Of a stretch of DNA of 35,023 nt, positions 31,878 through 35,023 are shown one piece after another (position 1 is the stretch's first letter; each line of letters begins with the position of its first letter). This stretch comes from Octopus bimaculoides (taxonomy: Eukaryota). The position numbers and the translations under genes were made by a program. The stretch spans positions 40,628,275 to 40,663,297 of the forward strand of contig NC_068992.1 of NCBI RefSeq assembly GCF_001194135.2. The letters run 5' to 3'. The notes below the pieces were generated by a model. That model worked only from the letters and a program-made list of their open reading frames with translations, searched no databases and was not told the origin of the DNA.

Positions 31878-32018
31878 GCATTGAATGAGAAAGCAAAGAG
31901 TATAGTAACAGTGCACCAATGGCCATATCGTGCTATTGCAAAGGCTTTGGAGATTATCCCTTCCACCTTAATCCAGAACTGTGGCGCCAGTACTATCCGT
32001 ACTCTTACAGCTCTCAGG
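31878..32018 (+). CDS. CCT3: CCT3 coding exon (ALNEKAKSIVTVHQWPYRAIAKALEIIPSTLIQNCGASTIRTLTALR)
   Basis: tttttgcag| acceptor, AGG|gtaagt donor, 141 nt; QWPYRA and TLIQNCGA match CCT3. Confidence 0.97.
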
Positions 32019-32124
32019 GTAAGTAGTCCAACTCAGCTTTTTATTGAATAGCATCTATTTCTCACTTGATGCTTTTTGCTTTCGTCAAAATTCTTTCTCT
32101 CTTTCTCTACTTGTATCTGTAAAA

Positions 32125-32488
32125 TCTGTAGCTTGCTTACCAACCACAGGGTTCCGGGTTCAGTCCCACTGCATGGCACCTTCGGCAAGTGTCTTCTACT
32201 ATAGCCTCGGGCCGACCAACGCCTTGTGAGTGGATTTGGTAGACAGAAACTGAAAGAAGCCCGTCGTATATATGTATGTTTGTGTGCCTGTGTTTGTCCC
32301 CCCAACATCGCTTAACAACTGATGCTGGTGTGTTTATGTCCCTGTAACTTAGAGGTTCGGCAAAAATGACAGATAGAATAAGTGCTAAGCTTACAAAGAA
32401 TAAGTCTTGGGGTTGATTTGCTTGACTAAAAGGCGGTGCTCCAGCATGGCTGCAGTCAAATGACTGAAACAAGTAAAAGAATAAAAGA
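32125..32488 (+). mobile_element. SINE family C (young, slightly 5'-truncated) with TSD
   Basis: TSD atctgtaaaa at 32115-32124 and 32489-32498; tail aagtaaaagaataaaagaat. Confidence 0.9.
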
Positions 32489-32698
32489 ATCTGTAAAAGT
32501 CTGTTAGTGATGCCTGTGTCATTAATGTATTAACTTGGTGCTGTTAATGGTTTCTGTTTGTATTCTTTACCAATAAAGGTAACAGATATTCCATGCTTGA
32601 AGCTCTATGTTCTACTGTATATTTGTTGTTTAATCAATCTACCATGGCAATATGGATGTTAGCTTATCTCCATGTTCAGAAACATATAATATTGAATA

Positions 32699-32948
32699 CC
32701 GTAATCCCTTTACTATCATGATGGGCTTCTTTCAGTTTCCAACCACCGACTGTTACGTTCCAAAACCCCCCTGCGATAGGTGAAAATCTGCAAAGTAGAA
32801 ACAGTACTGTACTGTATATTTTTTTATTATTTTTATAATTTGTTTATATTTACTTTATTATAAATGCAAAACAACACTAAGGTGGAATTGACTTAAGCTT
32901 AAATAATAAACAGCGATAGCTGAACCGCGATATGGCAAAGGATTACTG
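32699..32948. mobile_element. Tigger/pogo-like MITE
   Basis: TA at 32697-98; TIRs ccgtaatccctttactatc / gatatggcaaaggattactg. Confidence 0.65.
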
Positions 32949-33971
32949 TCTATATATTATTTACAACAATTTGATTTGGCTCCCTCCTGTTTTTAATAAT
33001 ACATGTAACTCCTAACCAATGTGTTGAGTGCCCTTTTCTTTCCTTGTCCACTCACTCGGATGTATGTATAAGTTTATTGATCAGTGTATAAAGTATTATA
33101 GATCCATTACAACTGATTTTAATAGTCTGTTTTGCACTGGATGTTAGGGTGGTTATCTAATAACTTTGCTCATCAAAGTTCGTGCTGCCACTCTGGATTC
33201 TTGGTTAACTAGGTTTGTTATTAGATAGTTTGGTCTTGATTCCACTGTGTGGCAGCACTTTGGGCATGCATAATACTCTGTGTGTATCTGGTGGTGGTGG
33301 ATTTCTTTACTCCCTTATATGTTTACTGAAGGGGTTGACAGTGACCCTTAGTATTTTTGTCTTTTGTGTGTCTCTGTGCTGTAGTTTTTACCATGCTAGT
33401 AAGGGGATTGAAAGGTTTGGATTGTGTTGTTTGGAGGTACTCTGTTTCTGGTTGGGGCATCTGTGCCTGGAGAATGATGTGTGAAAGTTTGTGAGTCGGG
33501 GTGGGGGAACTTCTTCATGGCCACATGTTCTGCAAGAAATTGCAATCAAATCTACCTCAAAAGGCTACTGAACCATCTTGAAAATAGATATAACATGGGG
33601 TTGGTATTATTATTGTTGGCGTTGTTCATGACTACATCATGTTATCCAAAGCTATTGAAGGGTGTATTGTGTGTGTGGATGGTAGTGTGTGGGAGTGTCA
33701 TTTGTGGATAAGAATATGTCATTGTCTTGCTTATAAAGTAATTACAGTGTTAAAACGCTGTGTGTGTTTGTGTGTGAGTTGTATGGCTGTGACTGATCAG
33801 TACTTCTGCAGCATCACATGTCTGGTTACAGTCTATACAGGCAAATGAGGTATGAGTGACAATAAATAACAGTACAGCCATTATATAATACACACTGGAG
33901 AACAATTGAAGCTAGAAAGTCGGTGAGTGTGGAGAGATAGATATATAAATAAATAAATGAATGAATTTATG

Positions 33972-34400
33972 GTGTGGCTGTGTGGTCAGAAGCTTGCTTC
34001 TCAACCTCATGGTTCTGGGTTCAGTCCCACTGCGTGGCACCTCGTACAAGTGTCTTCTGCTATTACCTGGGGTTGACCAAAGCCTTGGGAGTGGATTTGG
34101 TGGTCGGAAACTGAAAGAAGTCCATCATGTGGTGTGTGTATACATATATGTGCGTGTGCATACATGTGTATGTGTAAACGTGTGTGTATACATGTGTATG
34201 TGTAAACGTGTGTATACATGTGTGTATATACATATGTGTGTGTGTATGTATACATATGTGTGTGTGTCCCCATTACTTACCGATGTGCAAAAGAAATTGA
34301 AGGAATAAGTACCAAGCTTTTAAATTCATTTGGCTAAAAATTCAATGCTGTGCTCCAGTATGACCACAGTCTAATGATTGAAACAAGTAAAAGAAAAAAA
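33972..34400 (+). mobile_element. SINE family C with expanded internal (TG/TA) microsatellite
   Basis: Head gtggctgtgtggtcagaagcttgcttc...ggttcagtcccactgcgtggcacc; alternating purine-pyrimidine tract 34131-34267; 3' end gattgaaacaagtaaaagaaaa. Confidence 0.88.
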
Positions 34401-34665
34401 ATACAGGTATATAAAATCTGTAAAACAAGATGGAATGGAGAGGCATTAATCACACAGACAACACTTGTTTTTGCACATTAACAATAGCTGTTTTGTTGCT
34501 GAGTTTTTCCCCCCAAATTGCCGGCCTTGTGTCAAAATTTGAAACCAATATACAGCTATAAGTATTATCACGTTTGTCACTTAGACACACTTTCTTATTC
34601 CTAATAAGCATGCAGCCCTCCCCCATCAGTGGTTTAACTTCATTGTGTTGTTTTCTTTTGGTCAG

Positions 34666-34797
34666 GCTAAACATGCTCAGCCCAACAGTACCAGTTGGGG
34701 AATTGATGGAGAGACTGGTGAGGTTGTAGACATGAAACAATATGGTATCTGGGAACCGTGTGCAGTCCGTGCTCAGACATTCAAGACAGCCATTGAG
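34666..34797 (+). CDS. CCT3: CCT3 coding exon (AKHAQPNSTSWGIDGETGEVVDMKQYGIWEPCAVRAQTFKTAIE)
   Basis: ttttggtcag| acceptor, GAG|gtttgt donor, 132 nt; WGIDGETG and GIWEP motifs. Confidence 0.97.
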
Positions 34798-34858
34798 GTT
34801 TGTACCATTTCATTTACTACTATTAGCACTAATAATTTTCTTCGTCAGGCAGTTTTCT

Positions 34859-34939
34859 GTTGCAATCTGATGAGACCCTTGGGAGCATCTCGAGTTGTTT
34901 TTCAAGTGTTTTGTATCCGATTCTGCCTGATTTTGCAGC
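34859..34939 (+). ncRNA. Candidate intronic box C/D snoRNA (weak)
   Basis: C-box-like cTGATGA (34867-34873), D box CTGA (34927-34930), 7-bp terminal stem gttgcaa/ttgcagc, 81 nt, non-repetitive, 61 nt downstream of a donor. C'/D' boxes are not evident. Confidence 0.25.
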
Positions 34940-35023
34940 TTGACATTTCCTGATCCAGAAATTTTCATTCCATATCATATGACATACCACATACACACAT
35001 ATCATCCCATTTATTTATATATA

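Larger units (their letters stand above)
635..35023 (+). other. CCT3: CCT3 gene span (multi-exon; one internal segment in assembly gap, final coding exon beyond window end)
   Basis: Spliced exons translate to [102 protein letters not shown]... with group II chaperonin motifs (LGP, TNDG, GDGTT, VPGGG, WGIDG). Subunit-specific N-terminus and NKDVTHPKM / LEYKKGESQT segments match CCT-gamma. C-terminal (T)A.LLLRIDDIVSG not found in 34798-35023. Confidence 0.97.

Noticed and set aside
33260-33900. GT-rich region with several short ORFs; possible LINE fragment on the minus strand
   Set aside because: Only a vague DLIAI-like stretch; insufficient to call.
34867-34900. Hammerhead ribozyme (CTGATGA followed by a stem)
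   Set aside because: The stem is followed by GAGT, not the invariant GAAA, and there is no stem III or cleavage triplet.

Overview
Eukaryotic, AT-rich, repeat-dense genomic window. The SINE/MITE families and microsatellite load suggest a coleoid cephalopod, most likely Octopus (inference). One large + strand gene spans the window: CCT3 (T-complex protein 1 subunit gamma, cytosolic chaperonin TRiC/CCT). Fifteen coding exons can be read directly, each with canonical GT-AG boundaries and consistent phases, from the ATG at 635 to the exon at 34666-34797. About 60 codons of the apical domain are absent from the readable sequence and most likely lie in the 367-N assembly gap (22449-22815). The last coding exon lies beyond the window. 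Introns are packed with at least three SINE families, RTE-LINE fragments, piggyBac-, Tc1/mariner- and hAT-type MITEs, a TSD-flanked Merlin (ISXO2-like) DNA transposon and an unclassified foldback family. Almost all ORFs in the supplied track are spurious or only overlap exons. I see no clear-cut novel multi-gene system. The best leads are two genome-encoded substitutions at near-invariant CCT3 residues that A-to-I editing would restore, the Merlin element, the tailed foldback family, a 14-bp motif shared between unrelated elements, and a weak intronic C/D snoRNA candidate.
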